Of a DNA stretch of 64,000 bases, positions 22,043 through 35,778 are shown one piece after another. Origin of the DNA: Guillardia theta CCMP2712 (lineage: Eukaryota > Protista > Cryptophyta); assembly GCF_000315625.1 (NCBI RefSeq), contig NW_005434611.1:183523-247522 (forward strand), in the 5' to 3' direction. The position numbers and the translations under genes are program-made. Under the pieces are notes generated by a model that saw nothing but the letters and a program-made list of their open reading frames with translations, was not told the DNA's origin and ran no database searches. Position 1 is the stretch's first letter. The number at the start of each line of letters is the position of its first letter.

Positions 22043-23501
22043 AGACAACTTCACGTCAGAGGAGCAGGAAGCAGCAGAAGGAGAGGAGCTACCAGGAGTC
22101 TCCCGTGCACATCTGACACATCGTGAAGAAGGAGGCAGAGAACGTCCCGAAGAAAGTCGGCTCCAGGTGCCTGAACAGGTTCACCGCCAGGGTCGCGTAG
22201 ATGCAGGTGACGAGGCCGAGGAGGAGGAGACTGTTCGCCACCGGCTTGATAGACCCCAAAACGGCCTGAATGATCTCCTTGAGCACCGTGAAGTCGTCGA
22301 GGAGGCGGATGGCGCGAAGGATCCTGATCGCTCGGAGGGGATGGAGGACGGGCATGTTACTGTAGAGGGCGGAGGCGACGCTGCCGGAGACAGAGACGAG
22401 GTCAAACACGTTCCAACCGTCGCTGAAGAAGGGACGGAACCAGTTCGAGGCCAGGTTGATGCTTACTTCGAAGCAGAAGATGCCGGTAAAGACAATGTCA
22501 AGGAGGTCAGAGTAGAGCATGTAGTCCTCGTGCCCGTCGACCAGCTCTGCTGCAAGGATGCCGTTGACAAAACTGAGGAAGATACAGATGGCAACGAACT
22601 TCTGGAACATCCTCGACCGGTGCACGGACCTGACGGCCTGCAGCAACCATGCCGCCTGATGACTTCCTTGGTTCTTTGACCTCTCCACGAGATAGCTGAG
22701 CTTCTCCACCCACTCTGCCGCATCCTCCGCACTCGAGCACTTGAACACGTAACTGCAACCAACCACATGAGACCCTCGCAAGTCAACAACAACCTCCTCC
22801 TCCTCACTCACTTTCTCCGTGCTGTGTTCCCCTCACTCTCTGTCTGGACCTGGAATAAGGTCCCCGGCGGTGTATCGTCCAAATCGAGATCAGCAGAGCT
22901 TCTCCCGTCAGGGTCCATGAGATCCTTCATGCTTGCAAAGTGAGACATCGAGTTCGCCTGCCCTGCTCGATCGTCTCCGTCAGCTCCGTCAGAGTAACAG
23001 CTGCAGCAACCACGCATACCGCTGGGATCGGATCGGGCCAACCAGCTCGCAGATTTCAGCTTTGTAACATTGAGCTGTTCCACTTTAGAAACATCTTCTA
23101 GAGCGATCCTGCGTTATGATCGGAGTCAACGGATGCAGCTGCTGACGGATCAGAGGGCACATGCCTGTCTCCGATCTCTTCTCTGTTCCTCCCCACGAAG
23201 AAGAACCTCTCTGTGCATGCGCAGTACACGGATCTCCACAGATCAGGGTTCGTCTTGCTGCCATGAAGAGTGAGCATGACAATCGCCAGCATGGGGGACA
23301 GACGGACCTGACGAACTGAACCTTCTTCATCATCGATCCCTGATGTATGCTCTCCAGTTCATTCGGCATCCTTCCACAAAGGTCAGCATGCACAAACCCC
23401 GACCTCAACTACTTATCGACTCACCTCATGCTCATCGCCGGAGGCCTCACTTCAGGTACTAGGACCCGAGTCCTTGCCGTGAAGCGAACAGGTACAGCCA
23501 T
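17596..23501 (-). CDS. Single-domain (6TM) voltage-gated cation channel (EukCat/BacNav-like) with N-terminal PH-like domain and C-terminal EF-hands; multi-exon
   Basis: S2 VFTGIFCFEVSINL, S3 DGWNVFDLVSV, S4 LHPLRAIRILRAIRLL, pore FFTMCQMCTGDSW|ASSVVRSM, S6 VLMNIVVAILL, EF loop DIDSNGHLGHAE; N-terminal QGSMMKK...WRSVYC...YVFKCSSAEDAAEWVEKL. Start and several exon limits approximate. Confidence 0.85.
19290..20520. repeat. Intronic compound microsatellite: (CAG)n followed by degenerate (GGATACGGA)n
   Basis: Fills the roughly 1.26-kb intron 19270-20526 of the channel gene. Confidence 0.9.
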
Positions 23502-23967
23502 CTACATCCGTCCAGTCATGCTTCCTGAAACACCTTGTCGCGCTACGCCCTCGTCTCCTTGTATTCTTCCTCTTCCCTTGGCTGCATTCCGCCTTCACTC
23601 CACCACAAGTCCGCCTTTCTCGTAGCTCTTTGCTCTCCTTCTTCTCTCCTCCGTGCCCTCTCTCCTTCCCTCCTCTCCTTCTCCCTCTGCTCTCCTCCCT
23701 CTCCCCTCCTCCCCCACGTCTCCCTCCTCTCCCTCACTTCCCCCTCGCATGTCGTTCATCAAGCAACAAGTGATGGTTTGGCAGACTCTGTCCACCCACC
23801 CCACATACTAAGCCCACAATCACATTAATTAGTACCACAGATACACCACCCCTACCCCTTATCTCGTGACACCCGATTGGGTTTGGCTTTACGCGATCTC
23901 ATGATCGGAGCAGTTTTGTGCCACCCACCCCCCCCGTTCTAGGGATTGCTGTCTTCTTTACAAGAGG

Positions 23968-24143
23968 GTGGTTGAGCTTTGACCGAGTCAAGGAAGCGGT
24001 GAGCGGAACAAGACTCGTCGGACGGCCGATAGTCCCAACCAAGACTCCGGCAGTTGCATCCAGCAGTCAAGTACCACCACTCATGGCTCGCTGCATAGTA
24101 GCACAGCTGCTAACAAATCAGAGCAGCAGACGCGAGCTCATCC

Positions 24144-24235
<92 letters not shown>

Positions 24236-25248
24236 ACCTCGAAGTCTCTCAAGATGGACCTTCAGCCGCAGTTCAACAAGATCCTACGTTGGACTACTCT
24301 ACTAAGAGGGAACCGGTGAAACAGATTGTATGAGATCTAACTCTCTTCATTCTCTCTTCACACACACAAGACAAAGCGACGCACAGGGATGACCCCTGGT
24401 GGCCGAGAGAGCCTCATCAGTACGAGAAGCGAGAGCTCGCACGAGACGAGTGTGAACGTGCGTCAGGGAGCACTACCCCTAGTCCTTGCCTTAGCCTACA
24501 TAAGGATCAGCCTCTTCAGCTAGAGGGGTCTGTTCTGTGATCCAGCGGAGGTGCCTGAGCATGTCTGCAACCCTTAAAGCTTCGGGGTGTGACAGTAGAG
24601 CTGCTCTCAACAGGGGTAGAGATCTCCTTGCACGAGCAAGAGCACCCACCTCTCAGACAAGTTAACCTTTGAGGACGTACCCTTCCTTCCTTGGGCGATG
24701 ATCCTGCTTGTCACGGGTCCTCTCCATGTCTTCATCCGTCCAGTGTAGGCTGGGCTTCTGCTTGCTCACGGCCCCCAGAGGGGTAAATTTCGAACACGAG
24801 TACGAGACAGCCAACTGTCCTTTCTTTCCAGTAAACCCTTGTCTGACTCGGGCTACTCTGAAATCACTCCGACACGCTCCCGGCGCAGCGATCAAAGTTG
24901 CTAATACAATGTGAGCGGCGCGCGACGGGTCCAAGCTATACATCTTCCTTTCCGACTCCATGGAGGATGCTCGACGCATGATGCAGGAGCTGCACTTCTC
25001 TTTGCAAGGCGCAGCAATCATTGAAGCTCGAAGCAGTCGGCTTCGACATGGAGCCTGAGGCGGCTGGAGGTAGCGGCGACGCTCAGCAGGCGGAGAGCGC
25101 GGGAGAGTGGCTGGAGTTTACAGCCCTGGAGAAAGCAACTTCTCTCAACGAGATGGGGACGAGCGAGAACCTATCCCCGAAGGCGATGGCTGAGCGAGAG
25201 GAGACGGTTGTGGCGGAGCTGCGGAGCTGCCCCCGGTACAGGATGGAA
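23968..25248 (+). repeat. Long direct repeat, copy 1 (mosaic: TE-like remnant, (CA)n, GNAT 5' fragment)
   Basis: Collinear blocks shared with 28948-30753: 23968-24027, 24096-24147, (CA)n+24234-24321, 24466-24855 (near identical), 24907-25123, 25156-25248. Confidence 0.9.
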
Positions 25249-25336
25249 CTGAGCCTGAGAGGAGGGACTATACGAGTCAGGTATTCCACATATGGCAAGG
25301 TCCAGCTCCCCCATACTACTGAGCTTATTGAAATGT

Positions 25337-25613
25337 AAACCCAAGACGACCCTTACGTGTTTTAACTGTAACTGAGACGGCAATGTAGTACGTCGGACAA
25401 AGAGGAGGCTTTCCCGGCCCGCGGCCGTCTTGCTAAGGTCCACTCTCATGTCTGGATGCTTGGGTTTCACATCCTAGCCTGGCATACGGTCTATCTCTCA
25501 TGTGCTCCTCAATCGGAGGCTTCAACGGTTTCGTATGCATTTTATAAGGTCAACTGATGTCTGCACTGTTACTTTGGCATAGTACAAGAGTATAACAAAC
25601 TCGTGCTCCGTCA
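25337..25613 (+). repeat. Dispersed non-coding repeat, copy B
   Basis: Homologous to 12238-12507. Confidence 0.85.
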
Positions 25614-26265
25614 GAGTATCACAATGGTATGTGAGACTGAAAGTTTTCCCGTGATAAGAAATAGTTGAGTAGGCTCAGTTGATCTCCATACTTCATAGGG
25701 ACCCCGCGGCTTCGTGGTGATGTCCCCGATCCTGCCATCGCCATACAACTTCACCGTCACGGTGTCGGACCCTCCGACTAAGGAGACTGAGGGCCCGGGG
25801 GCCGGGGCCTGGTCTTGCCGCTCAAGCGGCTCTGCAGGTTTCAATTGTGCAAGCACAGGCGATTGTGAAGATCGCTGGCATGGCGCGGGGGAATGGTCCT
25901 GCGCGCAGTTAAGTGAAGGTATCAGTTAAGTTTGGGGGACAGCAGTCGGCAGGAATAGGTTTGGTTCTCGCTGTCTTTTCTCTTCTCGCCGTGTGGCCTG
26001 TGCGACAGTGTCAGGGTCAAGCCTCCTCGACTCTCCTGATTGTCCTCGTACTGATTTTTAACTTAACTTTGAGTAAAGACTTTCAGAGTGAAAATCGTAC
26101 TGGCAAGCCTGTGAAGGTGGGGACACGGGCAATGCCAAAATTGGCAAAAGAATTCTGCTAGCTCAAGCGCTCCATCGTTAGTTTGCCCCTCAGGCAATCA
26201 GCTGATCATACCTGCTTTATCTCTTCTCGCCGGCAAGCATGCTGTAACACGTCGTTCGCAGGTGC

Positions 26266-28436
26266 ATGGCGAAAGCTCTAATGGGAGCCTATGGTTTGTT
26301 TGTTGTGTATCGGTATTCTCTTGTTGATCGAAGCATGGTGCAGGGCTGCATCTTCTGATAGCAAGCGGTTGTGTGCTCCTTGTACATGTTGCTGGCAGTT
26401 TCTCATCTCACGTGGCGCCATTGGTGATTCGAGGGGGTGGAATAGGAGATGCGAACCAGACCCTGCCGATACGCAAAGACCTCTATCACGTGCATGGAGA
26501 GGAGGTATATGAAAGGCTGTGGCTAGAACAGAACGAGGTCAAGAAAGAAAGGGAGAAGGTAGGTGAGCAAATAGATAGTGTAGAACGAGAGATCAAGGAC
26601 GTTGAGGCAGAGCAGAAGGACTTGAACAAGAAGGCAGATTCACTACTTCATGACAAGGGGGCCAACAAGAAGCTCATCAAGAAAATAATGAAGGATATCA
26701 AGTACCTTCGAACAAAAAAAGAGCACCTCCGAACAAAAGAGGAGCAACTTCGAACAGAAGAGGAGTACCTCCTAAAGAAAGAGGAGCACCTCCTAAAGAA
26801 AGAGAAGTACCTTCGAGAGAATGTGAAAGACGAGGTCAAGAGCCTTCCCTGGATAGAGACAATTTTGGATCTTAGTCAAGCAGGATTCAGTGAGGATCGC
26901 AAAATTTTCACCATCGATCGAGCATTACTGAATCCAAGTCCTGGGCCAGCAGGGCTGCTGATGCTCTACTGCAGGGAAAGCTTCAATGAGCAATGGCGTT
27001 TCCTTGAGGAGAAGGTGTGCAAGGAAGGATGTTTGGGTTGGATCTTAGGCCCTCCGGGGACAGGGAAGACGACAACGACGACATGTTTCCTGCTATCGCA
27101 AAGCATGGAAGCGAGATGGAGGGTGATGTTTGTACGACTCTGGAAGGCGGGTCCTGTTAGCCTGATACAGGTGGTTGACGGGAAAGAGAGAAGGTGTGAC
27201 TTTACCATGAAGAGAGCAGGGGACGAGATAGAGGACTTCCTTATGGGATGGGGAGAGGTCAGCGAAAAGCACCTTCTGTCCTTGGACGGTTACATGGAGG
27301 AGAATCCAGACCATAATAACATGATAAGCATCTGCATGTTATGGCGCCGTCAAGACTGGGAGAATCGACGGCTTGTCATCACGACATCGATGGGTGCTCG
27401 AACAAAGGTGTATTCTGAGCAAGATATGATAGAAAAGATCAAGGAAATGAAAATATACTCGTGGATGCTCGAGGAGTACAAGGAAGCCGTCAAGCACGAC
27501 CTTCTGTATAAGAGTGTTGCTAACATGATGGGGATCAGCTTGGAAACGAGGAATACGATAAGAAAGCAGGAGACCGAACAGGAGAGAAGAGCTCGAGAGG
27601 TTGAGTCCAAATATCAGATTGTTGGAGGCTCATGTCGGTACATGTTCCAATGCACGACTGCAGAGGCAATTGAACAACTGTGTTTCGCGATGGCTTCTGT
27701 GGATAATTTTGAAATGCTGATGGATTTGAAAACGGGAGACCGAGCAAAGCTGATGGTGAATCTGCTGCATGGAATGTATCGTATTGGAGACAATGTGCAC
27801 TGGGGGCTTGTCAGCAGATTTGTCGCCACGGAGCTAGCGCAGAGGCTTGGAGAAACTTTTGTGAGAAACATCGAGCAGTTGGCGGGGATCGCTAAGAATC
27901 CGATACTTGGTGGTGTGTTGTTTGAGATGCTATTCTTTGCTCGGATAGGAAACGAGCAAGGGCTACGTGTGACCAGTAGGACAGGAGAAGAAGCCAGTTG
28001 GGAGAGCCTTGCTGTGAAGACTTTTGACCCAACACAACTCTATACGTCCGGAATCGAGAGGAGTGTATGCCTAAAGCCAATAGCTTGGAATCAGGGCGGC
28101 TACGACGCGGTGATTCTAGATCTAAGGGAGAGGATAGTGCGCTTTGTGCAGGTGACAGCGGCAAGCAAGCATGACTTGAGACTGCAGTACTTTGCAGACT
28201 GCATGGATGCCTTGAGCATGGAAAGATGGGGTCAATGGAAGTTGGAGATTGTTTTCGTCGTTCCAAAGGACAATCTTGCAAACTTCAGGCTGAGCGAGGT
28301 GGTCGAAGAGGGCGCGCTCGCGAAGTATGGTTGGAGAGCCGGTGAGGAAACGAGCAAAGTGCGTGTAGTTGGGATGGACCCTAGACCACAAGGATGGAGC
28401 AGCAGGATAGGACCATGGAACGAGGAGTACAGTTGA
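26266..28436 (+). CDS. Crinkler/RHS-type effector: signal peptide - coiled coil - P-loop NTPase - PD-(D/E)XK-type REase; 2 exons (26266-26293, 26344-28436)
   Basis: Walker A GWILGPPGTGKTT, Walker B LLSLDGY, LVITTS, VGGSCRYMF, SRFVA, GVLFEMLFF, and REase motif LKPIAWNQGGYDAV...VRFVQVTAASKHDL match the CR-NTPase+CR-REase architecture. A 50-nt GT-AG intron (26294-26343) supplies an in-frame ATG. Confidence 0.85.
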
Positions 28437-28947
28437 ATGATGCCCGAGTTGGTGAATATGGTACAAGTAGAGATTGGGGTATGCTCGTGCAAGTGAGCAC
28501 TGTATTGAATTCCAGCATCTTCACTGTGCAATGCTGTGAATCATCGTAAAACAATGCGACAAGGGTGAAGCCACCAGATACGATCACGCTCATCACCTCA
28601 CCTGTACAAGCCACTGCATTGTCCCATCCTAGTCCTCACGTCTCCGCGGACTAACTCTTTGGTAATGGGGTAGTCTTGATACCGTTGCTCTGCCTCTTGT
28701 GCAATCTCTGCGGACAGTCCTTTTGAGAGAGTTTTTCTTGCTTTTGTGCGCACGCGTTTTTTGTTTGTTTTGCTGCACTGTGCCTGCGGACTCGCCGGAG
28801 CCGTTGACAGCTGGGGGAGGGCGGACACCCGGCGTGCCCGGCAGCGAGCTGCTCGCCGGCCGCTGAGAGCCTACGCCGGGGGGGGGGGAAGTGCAACCTT
28901 GCGAGCTGCAAGGTAGAGGACGACTCAACGCCTGCAGGGGCACGGGC

Positions 28948-29571
28948 GAGGTGAGCTTTGACCGAGTCCAGGAAGCGGTGAGCGGAACAAGACTCGTCGG
29001 ACGGCCTAGTAGCACAGCTGCTAACAAATCAGAGCAGCAGACGCGAGCTCATCCAACAAGGGGATCGGCTCTACGGCTTGTCGGGAAACGCCATAGCAAG
29101 CTTTGAGAAACGAGGAAGCAACGAGGAGATACAGGACCCATTCATGCATTGGATCGAACCCTCGCTCGAAACAACAGCCCCTAGTGCTCTTCGAGACAAT
29201 GCTGACATGCTCGGACAAGGATGCTGAGCTGCCGATGCTCACATACAGTTTGATCAAAACACATGGGGTCTGGAAGCGTTGATGGAAAACAATGGTGGTC
29301 TAGGCTGACACAGGCAGTCGATGAGGTAAAGGATCGGCAACACGGACAAACTCTCTCCTACCAATTCCCGCACCACCGAGGCAAACTAGCGCAAACAAAC
29401 AACTATGTTAACTTACCCTATGATAGTCGCAGACTCCGGGAAACAACGAGCGATAGGATGGATGGACCCACTTGGCAGATACGTCAGCCTTTCAACAGAT
29501 CAGGCTCCACCTATTGCACTTCTAATAGAGTTTATTGCAACGACAGTATTCGCCTCAAGCACACGCATATC

Positions 29572-29624
<53 letters not shown>

Positions 29625-30753
29625 ACCTCGAAGTCTCTCACGATGGACCTTCAGCGCAGTTCAACAAGATCCTACGTTGGACGTCTCTACTGAGAGGGAA
29701 GCGGTGAAAAGGGACAGGCGACCGTGCTCGTGCATGAGGGAGCACTACCCCTAGTCCTTCCCGTAGGCTACATAAGGATCAGCCTCTTCAGCTAGAGGGG
29801 TCTGTTCTGTGATCCAGCGGAGGTGCCTGAGCATGTCTGCAACCCTTAAAGCTTCGGGGGGTGACAGTAGAGCTGCTCTCAACAGGGGTAGAGATCTCCT
29901 TGCACGAGCAAGAGCACCCACCTCTCAGACAAGTTAACCTTTGAGGACGTACCCTTCCTTCCTTGGGCGATGATCCTGCTTGTCACGGGTCCTCTCCATG
30001 TCTTCATCCGTCCAGTGTAGGCTGGGCTTCTGCTTGCTCACGGCCCCCAGAGGGGTAAATTTCGAACACGAGTACGAGACAGCCAACTGTCCTTTCTTTC
30101 CAGTAAACCCTTGTCTGACTCGGGCTCGGTTCCTATGAGCTCTGACATGCTCTTCTCTGCGCTTTTTTGGAGTGCTCAGGACTCAGAAAAGGCTTCGCTT
30201 TCTCAGCTTGTCTCAATGTGAGCGGCGCGCGACGGGTCCAAGCTATACATCTTCCTTTCCGACTCCATGGAGGATGCTCGACGCATGATGCAGGAGCTGC
30301 ACTTCTCTTTGCAAGGCGCAGCAATCATTGAAGCTCGAAGCAGTCGGCTTCGACATGGAGCCTGAGGCGGCTGAAGGTAGCGGCGACGCTCAGCAGGCGG
30401 AGAGCGCGGGAGAGTGGCTGGAGTTTACAGACCTGGAGAGCCTTATCACAATGGAGGCAGCATCTCCATCAAGCAAAGAAGACATGCAGCTTCTGAGCCG
30501 CTCTCAGCTGTCATCCAGCAAGCAACTCTCAGCTGTCATCCAGCAAGCAACTCTCAGCTGTCATCCAGCAAGCAACTCCAGCAAGCAACTTCACTCATCG
30601 ATATATGGGGACGAGCGAGAACCTCGCCTTGAAAGGAAGCTATTACTCCGTTATATGACCGTTACAACGCGAGATTGTGTATCCCCGATGACGATGGCTG
30701 AGCGAGAAGAGGTTGTGGAGGAGCTGCGGAGCTGCTCCCGGTACAGGATGGAA
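28948..30753 (+). repeat. Long direct repeat, copy 2 (extra segment of about 520 bp at 29058-29575 and a 25-bp x3 tandem at 30501-30590)
   Basis: Collinear with 23968-25248; its end overlaps the 5' coding region of the GNAT gene. Confidence 0.9.
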
Positions 30754-32040
30754 GAAGAAGAGGAGAAGGGGGGAAGAACGAGGATGAACATCGGGCCTGA
30801 GGAAGGAGGAGAGGACAGGGTATGGAAGTTCTCGGGGATCCTTCGAAAGGTAGGGGTTGGAGCTGAGGCGAGAGAGGGAGAATGCTTCTTGGTCCGGACG
30901 GTGAAGGAGGGAGACGAGAAGAAGGTCCTTCGTTTCCTAAGGAGAGGTCTGAGCGAGGAAAGCAGGCGAACGTTCGCTCCCTATCCTTACGAGCAGAGTG
31001 ACGAGGAGCTGGAGGAAGTGCTTCGTTCCTCAATACGAGATTCTGTCCTCCGGCGTTCTCTGTCTTTGATCTTACTTCGATGCCACCATCGGGAGGAGAG
31101 GAAGGAGGGAGGAAAGGGGAAGCAGAAGCCAGCAGAGATGCGTGAGGGGGAAGTAGTAACTCATGGATTCCTGTGGGCATCGGATACCGCACTGCCAGAG
31201 CTCGGGGTAGCTGTCGCGGATGACGAACAAGGGAAGGGGCTGGGTGCGGCCATGATGTCTGTAAGATCTGTGTGCTGATAGATGCTGTTCAATCTCCTTC
31301 CGTGATGCCTCTCCGCCCGATGCAACCGCCCCCTCCTCAGGGGACAATCGCAGGCCCGCGGTCTGATCAACATGAGGCAGGTTCTGGTTGGGCTGGGAAG
31401 GAGCCTCGGAAAGGAAGCGATCGAGCTGACGACGATGTTGGACAACGGGAGGGCGAAGAGCCTGTACGAGAAGTGCCAGTTCATCACGCTGGGGACCATC
31501 CTCAACCCCTTGGGATGTGACGTCACGGCAGGAAAGAAACGTCCTACCGCTCCCCTCCTTCCCTCCACTGTTTCCTACCATTCTCCTCACTCTCGCTCGT
31601 GCCCGTATGTCCTCTCGCGTCCTCCCCTCCTTCACCCCTGACTTGTTGCATGCTGCAGCGTTCGAGGGACGAGCGATCCCTTCGGGAATCAGCGAGGAAT
31701 ATCAGATGGTTAGGTAGGACAACTCTTCCTCTTCGCCTTTCTCTTGCTCTTGCTCTTCCTCTTGCTCGTGAGCCTTTTCCTCTAACAATCGCATCCCTTC
31801 CTTTACCTTCTCCTTCTACACTTCTCTCCCGCCATCTCCTTCCTTCTCCACGTCCCATCCTTCCCTCCTCCCTCCCGCTGTCTTCACCCTTCTCTCGTTC
31901 CCTGCTCGTGATTGTGTTTGTTCAGAATTCTCAGGGAGGAGAACCGGAAGCAGGTAGAGCAGATGCTGAAGGACAAGCGATCGAGAGCCGTCGAGCTCTT
32001 TGGGGCCTTGCGGGAGAAGCAGCTTGTGGGAAGGTCCTGA
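30688..32040 (+). CDS. GNAT-family acetyltransferase, about 4 exons
   Basis: PELGVAVADDEQGKGLGAAMM (motif A, Q/RxxGxG), next exon IELTTMLDNGRAKSLYEKCQF (motif B), last exon ...REKQLVGRS* at 32040. Confidence 0.85.
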
Positions 32041-32104
32041 GCTTCCCTGCCCTCCCCCCAGTTCGGCCCCAGCAGCGCGCAGGCTGCCGCCCACTGCCAT
32101 CTCC

Positions 32105-34880
<2,776 letters not shown>

Positions 34881-35778
34881 CTCGCCATTTTCTTGTCTTG
34901 ATCGAAGCCAAAGACTTGAGAGGGCTGAGAGGCGATCAGATCCGATGCGTCGTCAGGGCATGTTGACAGCAGGATACGTCAAGAAGCATGAAGAAGAATC
35001 CTGATACTTGTGTTGTGGGGTGTTATATTCTGTTCAGTGCTCCTTGTCTTGACTTGACTTGACTTGACTTGACTTGACTTGACTCGCAGACTTGTCTTGA
35101 CTCGTCTTGTCTTGTCTTGTCTCGTCTTGTCTTGACTCGTCTTGTCTTGTCTTGTCTCGTCTTGTCTTGATTCAAAGTCCGTTGCACATCATCAACTCTT
35201 GCTTGTGATCGTTCTATTTGCCTTTGACAGAACTAGTCAAATTGTTCTTGTCCTGGTGGGGTAGGGGGTAGTACCCCACATGGTGAGTTCTGAGAAAAGT
35301 TTAGATTAATGTACCGGTATGTAGAGTTGACTACCCTGGTTGTAGATGAATTGTCAAGTGGCACCTCCAGACAAGAAGTCAAGAACGAGAGAGATCATTG
35401 AAGGAACAGAAGAGAGAGGAGAGGAGAGCAAGAGCAAGAGGTAGAGCAAGAGGTAGAGCAAGAGGTAGAGCAAGAGGTAGAGCAAGAGCAAGAGCAAGAG
35501 CAAGAGCAAGAGCAAGAGCAAGAGGTAGAGCAAGAGCGAGAGCAAGAGCAAGAGCAAGAGCAAGAGGTAGAGGTAGAGGTAGAGGAGAACAGAGCAGAAG
35601 AAGAAGAGAGAGGAAGACGAGAGGAGAAAGGGAGGGAGGGAGAGAAAGGGGGCACAGAGACGTACCAGGTGAGAAGCAGAAGTAGTCGGAGAGGGGAAGG
35701 AGGAGACACAGGACAAGAAAGGAGGAGAGTGAGAGCGAAACAGGAGAAGGCGAGGTGGAGGAGGAACCAGCAACCATC

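Noticed and set aside
24328-24594. Solo LTR, or intact LTR retrotransposon formed by the direct repeats (TG...GGGGTGTGACA)
   Set aside because: The end resembles an LTR terminus, but no primer-binding site, target-site duplication or gag/pol ORF was found, and homology extends well beyond it; kept only as a direct repeat.
29058-29575. Coding remnant inside repeat copy 2
   Set aside because: Frames are broken by stops and no transposase or reverse-transcriptase motif could be recognised by eye; TBLASTX against a TE library would be needed.
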